Shown here: positions 33,420-43,983 of the stretch, one piece after another
Numbering within the stretch: position 1 is the first letter of the stretch
Layout of the letters: each line of letters starts with the position of its first letter
Source: Hyaloraphidium curvatum SAG 235-1
Lineage: Eukaryota > Fungi > Monoblepharomycota
Direction of reading: 5' to 3'
Length of the DNA: 64,000 nt
Assembly: GCA_025558095.1 (NCBI GenBank)
Contig: JAIVFI010000004.1
Coordinates: 868,001 to 932,000 of the forward strand
Translations under genes and position numbers: made by a program
The notes under the pieces: model-generated
Seen by the model: the letters and a program-made list of their open reading frames with translations, nothing else
Told to the model about the DNA's origin: nothing
The model's database searches: none

Positions 33420-34054
33420 TCAATCCCTCTTGGAGCACGTCTTGCCCAGCACCTTGTCGTAACAGTACGCCCGGACCTCCAACCACCACTCCATGTCCGG
33501 CACGGCAAAGGTCTCGATGCAGCTCCCGCCCTCGCCCCCGCAGTTCTTGATGAAGACCTCGAAGCACCGCACGCTCAGGTACGCCCCGCCGCCGTCGTTC
33601 GACTTGAGGACCATCGGGTCCGTGACCTCCTGCGCGCGGCATCCGCCGTCAGCCAAGCCCCGTCCCGGCGGGCGGGGGGATCCCGGCCCATCGGACCCAC
33701 GTTGCTGATCGTCATCAGGCTCCCCGGCAGCCCGCAGACGCTGTCCCACACCTCCAGCGTCGCCCGGATGCCCGCCCTCTTCCCGAGCCGGTAGCCCCCC
33801 GGCATGCCCGAGGTGAGGTGCAGGAAGTACTTGTCCGCCCAGTCGATCCGCACGGCGCAGCGGACCTCGCCGCGGCCGTAGGGGCGGCAGTGCGAGGCGT
33901 GCTTGTTGGCGAATTTGAGGCGGGGATCCTCGCCGTACGTGCGGCCGGGCGGGAGCATGCCGGCGCCCTCGACCTCGTCGCCAAGGGCGCGGGGGGCGGA
34001 GAGCAGCGCGGGGAGGAGGCAGAGGAGGAGGGCGAGGGGCGGAAACCGTGGCAT
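33420..34054 (-). CDS. Small secreted Cys-containing protein of unknown function
   Basis: Signal MPRFPPLALLLCLLPALLSAPRALG; one intron ~33630-33700; 8 Cys in the mature region. Confidence 0.7.
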
Positions 34055-35754
34055 GTCGCGGAGCAGGCGGCGCGTTTCTTTGCTTTCGCCGCGCGCGACG
34101 GTCGGAATCCTGCTCCTGGGGAAACACGGGCCGGGGAGGCAGCGGAGGGTGAGCGGGTGCAGCCGCGCTCGAGTCAACACCGCCCGGGGACCATTCAGCG
34201 CGATCCCACCCGAGCCTTGCCCACAGTTTTCCGGCGCAGAACGCGGGGCGAATCGCCTCCGACGTCCGGACGAGTCCGAGGCCATGACGAGCGGTGATCG
34301 ATCGGCGCTGGCCGGTACATGCGTCCAACCCGGCCGAGTCCACCCACCGCGAGTCCCACGCGATCCGATCCCACACTCCGGGGCGATCCGGCCGCCCAAA
34401 CAAAGCGGTGGGAAAGAAGGCCCGCGGGGAGTGACCTGGTGGGCGGAAGAAAACAAAAATCAGCGGCCGAGCACGGCACCGTCGGAGAAAGCGGCAAGCG
34501 ATGCGGCCTATCAGAAACACGAGATTGGCGCCATGTCCCGGCGACGGAGTACGCAAGATAAATCCAAAGCAAGCAAGCATCTTGCCGCACATGTCGGGTA
34601 GCTCCTCCGATGGGGATTCGTACACGTACCTGCCCGACTGGTGTTGCCGCCTCATCATGGCTTATTCCGTCGACGACCTTGGTTCGGGGCCAGATCCAGC
34701 CGTTCCGCGACCCGCCATCAGCCGAAGGCAAATGAACTTGGCAAGCTGTCTGTGAGCGAGGGGATCGCCGATCTTCGGGGAGGAGTGAGCTGTTGGGGAG
34801 GCAGGGAGTAAGTAAGCCAAAGAGTAGAGGGGCTGCGAGAGAGAATAGGCCCTTCAGCGATCAGAAGTACGATGTGCCATATCATATACGATGAGCGATG
34901 CTCACGGATCGAATCAGGTCCTGCATGCTTCATCATCTCGCAGAGCACGCAAGGCTCGCTGCAGCCTCGCCTCCTTACCAATTGAGCCCGAAAGGAAGGA
35001 GCGAATTGGTCCTGTGAAGGAGCACCGATTAGTGGCCGAGCGAGCGTGTTCAGCGCTTGCGAGTTGCACCAATCGGCGATCAGAAACAGGGTTGTGCGTC
35101 ACTTCCAGCGGCGGACATCCGCCCCCGAATCCGATGGATGCCGATGATTTGATCCATCCCGTCGCCTTTGAAAACTCAGTCTCATCTGGAGTGATCACGC
35201 ACCAGACACCAGGTTGTTCGCCCGCTCTGACGTCCGAAAGCCTCCCCGGACCGCCACGCCATCGCGGTCTCTCCGTCCGTTCCCCGCAGGCGGATGCGGT
35301 CGCTCGTGTGCCATGTCAAATTGAAGGCGCGGAAGGTTTCCAGGCGTGTTTTCCGAAGGTCCCGGTTGAGGGCCAAAAGTGCGATAAAGCCCGTCCGCGG
35401 CGTCGGGCCGTCCCTGGCGCCCATCAATGACCTCAGACACGCCCATGCTGCACCACGTTCCTCGTTGTAAACGTGCGCTGAGGAATAATGAGAGGCTCCG
35501 TGGCGCTGGCTATCGCTATCGCTGCTCGGTGATGGTTCGTGCAGTCGCTGCTCGTCCGCGTACGCTGGAACAGGTTCGGCGCCTTGCGGGCCGCCTCTGA
35601 GAACTCCTCGAAACCCCCTTTCCCGCGTTACAGGCCCTCCATTCCCGCCGCAAATCCGCCTCGCTCCTGCTAAGAACTCTTTGTCGGCTTCTGTGTTTGG
35701 ACATTCCGCTTTTCCCCCCTCCGCGGCCTCCACATCCCGCCGCAACTCGCCGAA

Positions 35755-36739
35755 ATGTCTCCCAAGACCGCCCTTGTGACCGGAGCAGCGGGAGCCTTTG
35801 GCCGCTGGATCTCCCTCCGCCTGCACGAGCGTGGCTGGGACGTGGTCCTCGTCTGCCGGCAGAAGGCGCAGGCCGAGGAGGCCATCTCGTGGATCCGCGA
35901 GACGGCCAAAGGCGACGGGCAGCTCATCGCCGAGCAGTGCGACCTGGGCTCCTACCGCGGGATCAAGGCGTTCGCGGAGGCGTACGTCGCGTCGGGGAGG
36001 GACCTGCACTGCCTCGTGAACAACGCGGTGTCGTCGCCGCGCAAGAGGAGCGAGACGTCGGACGGGCTGGAGGTGCAGTTCGGGGTCAACGTGATGGCGT
36101 ACGTCTGGCTCGCCAGAGGGCTGTGGCCCGCGCTGGTGAGGAGCGGGAAGCAGGGGGATCCGGCGAGGATTGTCAACGTGGCGAGCTGGTATGCCGGGGG
36201 CCTGGACGTCGCGGATCCTGAGTTCAAGAACCGGGCGTACGAGGCCAACAAGGGGTACACGCAGAGCAAGCAGGCCAACCGGATGCTGACGACCATGTTT
36301 GCCGAGAAGTACCCGGAGTTCAAGGAGGGCAACCTGTGGATCTGCTCCGTCTACCCCGTAGGCCTCTCGTTGGGGTTTACCGTTGCCTCAAACTAATCAA
36401 CATCCGTTGGATGCCGTGTCCCGCAGGCCTACTCGCCCTCCAAGCTCACCAAGGACCTCGGCACCTCCTCCGGCGCCCCCGACGACCGTGGGTTTCCCGT
36501 TCGTCGATTCTTTGCCCGAACTCACGCCTCGACTCGCCTCAGCATCGCAGGGCGCGGTCGCACCCGTGTGGTGCGCGACGGACCCCAAGCTCGCGCGGCC
36601 CGAGACGGCCGGGTACTGGGTCCCCGATGCCGGCAAGTCGGAGCCCGAGGAGTACGCCAAGGACCGCAAGGCGATGGCGGCGCTGTGGAAGTACGTGGAG
36701 GAGACGACGGAGAGGCTCGAGAGTGCGGCTTCGTTGTAG
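35755..36739 (+). CDS. Short-chain dehydrogenase/reductase (retinol-dehydrogenase-like)
   Basis: TALVTGAAGAFG, CDLGS, LVNNA, DGLEVQFGVN, RIVNVAS, YTQSK; two 3' introns. Confidence 0.92.
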
Positions 36740-36955
36740 AAAGCTGGGGACAGAGAGTTGATTGCGTTACATGGGTCGACTGTCTCTCGTCCTTTCGTCT
36801 GAGCCCGCAGAGACAGAGAATACCGGTCCCTCCTTCATCAGCAACAATCGCTCCGCGATGAGGACGGGTCGTTCCTTCATCCAGAGTAGTAAACGGTGCT
36901 CCCAAGGAGTCCAACAGTGTCCTTGGAGTGCCCCCTTCCCCCGGTCTCCTCGCCC

Positions 36956-37345
36956 TCATGCGGCCACCTTCTCCCACACGAACTCGGCCTTCATCGACCT
37001 GCCGTTGACGATTTTGGTCTGCGAGAGCACCATCCGCCCATCCTCGATAGTGAAGTCGCGGGCCTGCTCGCCGCGGATGTTGACCAGGTCCGACGTCCCG
37101 TCGACGCCCGTCACGAAGCTGCGGCCGTCGCAGCGGTACCTTCCGGTGTACGCCATGAACGGCCGCTGCAGCGGTGGCATCGGGCCGTCGCTCCCGTCGG
37201 TAACGCAGAACATGACCCGCGTCGCGGTGAGCATCGCCACGCCGGTGGCAGTCGCCCCGAATGGCGGCGGCGCGGGCGTGCCGTCAGAGTACGAAGCGCG
37301 CGTGGCATAGAGCTTGTATGTGCCGACGAGGTTTGGTGCCGCCAT
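36956..37345 (-). CDS. Lipocalin-like domain protein (Lipocalin_5 type)
   Basis: LVGTYKL...PFG...G...FMAYTGRY...Q.RDFTIEDGRMVL...FVWEKV; intronless. Confidence 0.8.
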   Translation of the reverse strand: MAAPNLVGTYKLYATRASYSDGTPAPPPFGATATGVAMLTATRVMFCVTDGSDGPMPPLQRPFMAYTGRYRCDGRSFVTGVDGTSDLVNIRGEQARDFTIEDGRMVLSQTKIVNGRSMKAEFVWEKVAA

Positions 37346-38131
37346 CGGTCGCGGAAATGGAGTTTGGAGTGGAAGTTGCCACGGGTCCCTGGCCCCCGGA
37401 GCTCCGGTGACTCGGCCATTCAGGGACCTGGACATCGCGCCTTGAGTTGGATCGGAGACTTGGATGGGTTAAGGAAAACAATGTCTCGAGGTAACATGAT
37501 GTGGGAAAGAGAGCTACATCCGCAGGCTCTAGCGCGAAACCGACCCCAGCTTGGCCGAAAGCTGCTCCCTCCAGAAACGAAGTGCCTCTTCAGGGTCAAT
37601 GCCGAGTTTTTCGGGCTCGAGGTCTGCGGGCACTTCTAAACCCGGGAGCTGGCCCGGCTCGTCCGGATGGCCGCTGTATCCACCAGTCAGGCGGCGGATC
37701 ACGATCCGCTTCCAGATTTTCATTCTCCCTTCCTTGTCGTGCGTCTAGAGATGACATGCAATCAATTCTCCGTCCATCCATCTGAATCGCTGCTGCCGAT
37801 GGCGAGGAATGGGAAGACGCAGGCGGATCGGCGGGAGTGGAAGATCCTGGAGCTGCGCCATCCGCACAGCGAACACGCGGTTCAACCGCTTCAAAAGGAG
37901 GACTGGTGCGGGATCCGGCGCCGCAGAACGAGCGTTGATTTAGTCTACCGCCGACTTTGCTCTTTCTGGCGCGTCATTAGCGCGTGTCTCGTCTGCAGCG
38001 AACGTTTGCGCGGGCTCCGGCGGACGCGTTTCTCTCGCGCTCCCACCGCGTTTCTGATCCGCAACCGGACATCTTCGAGCACCGACGGACGCTTCTTCCT
38101 CTCCTCTGCCTCACGCTCCCCGGAACTCGCA

Positions 38132-38425
38132 ATGAGCGCCGCCCCTCCTTCCGAATCTGCCCCCGCATCCCTTCCCACCCTGTTCAAGGTCATCTCCCCG
38201 AAGGACGAGGTCATCATCGGCCTCCCTGAATCCGACCTGGCAGCTGTCGCCGGCAAGCTGGCCGCGGACGGCACCCTGGTCGCGCACCAGTACGCCACCC
38301 GCCGGGCAAAGGACGGCAGCCTCGAGGTCGGGCCGCTGAAGAAGGTGGCGATAATGAAGAACGATGCGCTGAGGATCGAGGAGCACAGGGCGGCGCAGCC
38401 CGTGGCGCCGCTACCTGCGGAGTGA
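38132..38425 (+). CDS. Small protein resembling an alphaproteobacterial conserved hypothetical family
   Basis: LFKVISPKDEVIIGL...A.KL...G.L..HQYA.RR.KDGSLE.GPLKKVAI..ND.LRIE; coding-like GC3. Confidence 0.65.
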   Translation: MSAAPPSESAPASLPTLFKVISPKDEVIIGLPESDLAAVAGKLAADGTLVAHQYATRRAKDGSLEVGPLKKVAIMKNDALRIEEHRAAQPVAPLPAE

Positions 38426-38892
38426 TGGTCGATTGGGGAATGGGGACTCCGACGAGTGTGCTGCGGAAGCGTGGCGAAAGGCAGGAGGGCTGATACAGAC
38501 ATTGCTGCCTTGTCTGTAGCATGCTGGCAGCCATTTGAGAAGATTTCAATAGCATATTGCGCTCTCGTTCGCCCTCTTGTGCTTGGAACCCGATTCGCTG
38601 AGCCTCACTCGCCGCTACCCCACAGCGTAATGCGCAGCTGATCTGTCGACCCATCCACCGTGATTCCCGAAGCATCAGCTCCAACGCAGCCTATGTATGA
38701 CGCGAGAACCAGATGGCGTTGCGTCGGGTTGCGGAGCGGACGCCAAGAGCGGAGCGGATCGGCTTGAGTTGACGCGCAGAGCCGCGTTCTCCGATTCACC
38801 GCTCTGTCCCCCACGCGTCCCGCCTCCGACTCCGACGCGGCAAGGAACTTTGATTTTCTTTGCGTGCTTCACATTTCCCGCCCGCAACCGCG

Positions 38893-39881
38893 ATGCCGCT
38901 CTGCACGCTCCACCTTGTCCGGCTACGCACCGGAGCCTCGCCCGGCGCATTCCTGGGCGCCGTCAGCGCCTCCAGGCCCCTCGTCTGGGCCGGAAAAGTA
39001 TTCGAGGCTGTCGTGTACGACGGCGACCTCGATCGGGGCAAGCTGGTCGGGGAGAAGTGGGACGTCGGCGTTCTCATCGAGGGCGGGTCGGAACTGCCCC
39101 CCGCCGCCGCCTCGCTGGCCGAGGCCACCTACACCGTCTCCGCCGGCGTTCCCACCCGCGTGCTGGACGCGTACCCTTCGCTGAACGCCAAGCTGTTCGG
39201 CCCGCCGCCGGCGAGGAAGGTCACGAAGGACCCCGTCATGTCGCCCGACTCGAGCAAGCTTTCCGTGTCCAAGCCCATGCTCGAGTACGCGGACCGCGTG
39301 GAAGGGACCGGGTACCGCGGGCCCGTGAGCCAGATCAACCTGCTCTGCTTCAGGAAGACCGAGGGGGCCAAGGAGAGCTACGGCCGTTACGGGCAGGGGT
39401 TCCAGAAGGTCGGGGGCAGCCACGGGTGAATAGCTACATGGCGCGCCTTGCTCTTGGAAGTGCTGACGTGCTCGTTGTTGTCGCCTGCGGCTCCAGAGGG
39501 TCGGCCAAGATCGTCGGCAACGTCGTCGAGCCTCCGAAGGACTCGCCGGACTCGAGGGGCAAGGCCCAGCCCCAGGGCAAGTGGTGGGACGAGATCGCAA
39601 TCGCACAGTGGGTGGATTGTATTCCTGTCGCCGTTCCGTTCTGAACCGCCTCCGTCCGCAATGAAGGTACCCGACCGTCCGCCACGTAGGCCATCTCCAT
39701 GTCGCTGTTTTCCATCTCACTGAGCCAACGCCCGTTCCAGTTCGTCGACATGGCCTCCGACCCGGCCTACCGCGAGATCAACACCGCCCACCGCCTGCCT
39801 GCGCTCGACAGCACGGTGATCGTGTCGACGCGGGACATCAGGCCTGACGAGGAGAAGGGGGTCAAGTGGGCGAGGCTGTAA
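38893..39881 (+). CDS. Dimeric alpha-beta barrel (DUF1330/EthD-like) protein
   Basis: GPVSQINLLCF...ESYGRYGQGF...G|GSAKIVGNVV...WWDEIAIAQ|YPTVRH|FVDMASDPAY...HRLPALDST; includes a ~20-nt microexon near 39668-39687. Confidence 0.75.
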
Positions 39882-40106
39882 GATGATCTTTGTTGATGAC
39901 ATGCTTCTGATATCGGAAAGAATGGAAAGAATGTAAGAATGTTCGATTGCTCATCCGCCGGTGGTGGCGGTGGCGGCGGCAATCCTCGGCCTGAGCCAAT
40001 CGTTTGGGCGATCTTTATATACGAAAAGCGAAGCCCTCGTTTCCCGCCTTGTCCGTCCCCACCCTCTTACCCTCCTTCCCCCCTACTCCCGTCTCTTCTC
40101 GTCGAA

Positions 40107-42753
40107 ATGCCGGCCGGCACCGCGCCCGTTGAGCCGCGGATCGGAATCCGTGCGTCCCGCGCGCGGGGAGACACCGGCGACTTCTCACTGGCCGCCCAGT
40201 TGGTGGAGGCCTCGCGGGCATTGCCGCCGCGGTCTACCTCAGGGATAAACTTGGTCTGAGCCTGGACAGCGTGAAGGGATTAGAAAGGAACCCCGGTATG
40301 TGGTGCCGCAGCGGAGGTGGGCACGGGTTCTGACTGCTCCTGCCGACAGACTTTGGCGGCACCTGGTGGGCCAAAGTCTTCATTGGAGGCTGTTCGGGCA
40401 ATCTCCTGACACATCGTTGTCGATAGGCTCGAGAACACGTACCCTGGATTGTCCTGCGATGTGCCCGGTATGTCTTTCTCCCTCCTCCAGTAGTCGCGGC
40501 CCAGGCTGACCTCAGGTCCTTCCATCCCCCCTGCAGCCCACCTCTGTCGGTGCCAACGGCATTGCTGACCCGGAAACTCCGCTGATCCGCCCTCCAGATT
40601 CTTTCAGCTGGGCCATGAACCCCAACTGGAGCCGCCCTTACGGTGATCACCGCGCTCACCGCCCGCGCCGCCCGCCTGACCGCCTTCCGCGCGACCAGTG
40701 CCCCAGCCCGAGCTGCTGGATTACATCAAGAGCGTCGCCGACGCCTTCCACGTCCGCAAGTCCTTCACGTTCAATATCAAGGTGACCCGGGCGGCGTGGG
40801 ACGACGAAAAGTCTTCGTGGACCGTGTGGTACAAGGACATGAACAAGGTAGGCACTTCTGCGGTTCTCCATTGGTCGTCTTGCCGACGCTGCCCGCCAGG
40901 TCGTCTTGCCGCCCGGCACCACCGTCCCGATCTGGCGCGCCCTCACGGACCCCATGCGCGACGTCCCCGGCGCGACCGCCGAGGCCGACGAGGAGAAGGA
41001 GATCGTGCGGCTGGTCAACGCGCTGCCGGAGGAGAGCTTCGAGTGCGACTTCCTGGTCAACACGACCCGGTTCACGGGGAGCCCTGGGCTGCCGCGGATC
41101 CCGGGGGCGCTCGAGGGCGCGTTCAAGGGGGACCAGTGGCATTCGATGAGGTGGCCGGAGAACGGGCTGGAGAGGGTCAAGGGGAAGAGGGTGGCGATGA
41201 TTGGTTGCGCGGCTGCGTGGGTGGACTGCTGGAAGGGTATGCCGAGAGCTCCGCTGACTCCTTTTCTTGGTTTCCCAACCACAGCGCCGCCCAGCTCGTC
41301 CCCCAGGTCGTTCCCCTCGCCAAATCCTTCGACCTGTACCACCGTACCCCGAACCACTTCATGCACCGCCCCAACGACCTCTACCCCGAGGACCTGAAGA
41401 AGAAGTTCGCCGAGAACCCGCTCTACTTCAGGATGTGGCGTCAGGATCTCGACCGCAAGTTCTGCAAGAACTGGTGGGAGACCGGGTTCCTGGACGGCGA
41501 GGAGCACAAGTGGTGGGTCGGCACCGCGGGCGGCGTGCCTCTCCGACAGCTGATCGACGCCGGCAGGTCGACCGAGGACGCCAAGGCGAACCTCTACGAG
41601 AACATCAAGGACGAAAAGCTGCGCGAGGCCCTGTGGCCCGACTTCCCGGCCTGGTGCCGGCGCGTCTGCTTCCACGTGGGCATCGGCCGCCTTCCTTCGC
41701 GTCGTCGTGGTGCTGACGGTTCCTCAAAGAACGACTTCTACCCCGCCCTGGCCCAGCCCCACGTCACGGTCATCCTGGACCGCATCGTCAAGATGGACGC
41801 GACGGGCATCGTGACGGCGGCGCAGAACGCAAGGGAGGAGAAGATCGACGAGTCGGCGCCGCAGACGCACCACGACTACGACGTCATTATTTGTTGGTGT
41901 CTCGCTCCTGTGGCATATGGTCGACATTTGCTGACCGAACGTCCTCCCAGACGCCACCGGCTGGGCCGTGGACGGCAACAAGGAGCCGCTCGTGACCATC
42001 ACTGGCCGCGGCGGCGCCGATATCGTGCTCAAGTCCAACAACATCAAGTTCCTCGGCATGAACCCCGACGGCACGCCCAACCTCGACATGTCCGAGTTCG
42101 GTCCCTTCAGCTACTTCGCCGGCATGGTCGAGGACATGCCCAACTACTTCTCGCCGGGCTCGCCGCCGATTGGGCTCTGCTCGGTCATCTCGGTCATCGA
42201 GGACGCTTCGGACTACATGATCAAGATGTACGTCGGTTTCCGCTTTGTTCGAGCCCGATTTGACCGTCGCCCTCGTCGCAGCATCAAGCACTGCCTCCAC
42301 CACAACATCAAGGCCATCTCGCCCAAGCACGAGGCCATCGCGCAGTTCTACGAGGTCGTTGACGAGCGCTGCAAGAAGGCGCCTTACTACCGGTGGGCCC
42401 GGCTGCTTTGTTGGCAAACAACTATGTGCCTCTGACCCGCGGATCCGTTGACCAGGGGAACCCACCACACCTACCACAAGCAGTTCCGTCCGGACGGGTA
42501 GGTTGCCCTTTGCCTGCTCACCTCGCCCGCTCCCGGCTCATCGTCCCGCCCTCGCAGCTCCTACGTCACCCGCATCCACTTCCCCGGCAGTCCGTGGGAG
42601 TTCGCGGAGCTGCAAAAGTACCCCGTCTTCGCGAATTTCGAGGAGGTGCCGAAGGCCGGGAACGAGCCCAAGTGGGCGATCCCCACGGAGCCCGTGGGGA
42701 CGCCGTGGGACGACGTGTACAAGGCCGTGCACGTGGTGGCGGCCAAGAACTAG
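40107..42753 (+). CDS. Flavin-containing Baeyer-Villiger-type monooxygenase, highly intronated
   Basis: RIGI|VGGGLAGIAAA, FGGTW, NTYPGLSCDVP, fingerprint FKGDQWHSMRWP, ATGW, DMPNYF; more than 12 short introns. Confidence 0.85.
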
Positions 42754-43983
42754 GCGAGTTCGGCTGGATAATGGAACGATGTCGCGAAACTAGATGTAGA
42801 ATCGGCCAGCAAGATGCTTCATCCTTTTCCCAACTCTAGGGGTAGACGTGCGCGCCGAACCCCTGGCACAGGGCTATCTCCGCCTCCAGGAGCGACTGGT
42901 ACTCGGGATCGTCCTATCGTCCTCGTCTCCGGCGAGATGTGGAGCAGCGCAGGCGCGGCGGATTGCAAGCCAGAAATCGGCGTTCTGATCTGCGTTCTCA
43001 TACGACAAACATCATCCCTGCGGAAGGGAGAGCGGAGAAGCGGACCCTACTACGCCACAAGCCTTTGCGTCCCTGATCGCCCGAGCGGAGGAACGGGGCG
43101 CTGCGGACTCTCCAACCGGCCAAATTCAAGGAAGCTATAGTGGGGAGATCGTGATCGGAGAGACGGGCCGCGGATGGGTCGGAGGCCGGGTGGCCGCCGG
43201 TGATCGGCAGTGCGCGGGCTGGGCCGGGAATTGTTGCCGGCAGCGCACCGATCGGCGGCCTTCCCGTGCAGCTCCGCGGGCACGGGGCCGGACCCGGGGG
43301 GCGGGTATCGCTGGATCGTGACACATACCCCTTCTAGTCGTCGCCGCAGCGCAGGTCAATGAGTAATGAATTGCTCGGCCGGCGCCTAAACTGCGGGCGC
43401 CGCAGTCGATTCGGCTGACTAAACCTCGGCCTTCCTGCCGATGGCCCGCCCATCCGCGGTCAGGCCCAACATCGGACAAATGTAGGAACTGGATTCCGTG
43501 TCCCCCGTCCTTCCGAAAGCCCGCGTTTGGTTTTGGAGGCTCTGCTGATGATGTTCGAAGATCTTCCACCACCGAGGGCTGGTGAGGCTCGGGGGTTCAC
43601 GTCGGCAATCCGCCTGCGGCGACTGCTGCGGGAATCCCCCAGTCATCAGAAGTCCCTGCAGCGAATCTACTGCTGCTGAGGCGGGCCGGATCCCGCCTCG
43701 CCGAATTCCCTTCGACTCAGGATTTCTGGCGCGAGGCGCACGCTTGTGGCGCTGCGGCGGCAAGGCCGCAAGGCTTAGCGCCCGCCCTCGCGACTCACCC
43801 ACCTCACCCACCGCCTTCTCCCCCTTTCTCGCCCCGGCGCACCCGCCGGGCGCCTCTCGGCCTTTTTGCCCTTCTCACCTGCGCGTGATCCCGGCAGCGG
43901 AGCCCGGTGCTGCCGCCGAAAACGCCATGGCCGGCCGGATCCCACCCGCACCGTCCCCCTCTTCGAAACTCCCCAGATCAATC

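Noticed and set aside
34700-35700. Possible ncRNA or transposon relic in a long lower-GC intergenic region
   Set aside because: No recognisable snRNA, tRNA or snoRNA motifs, terminal repeats or transposase remnants by eye. An Infernal/Rfam scan would be needed.
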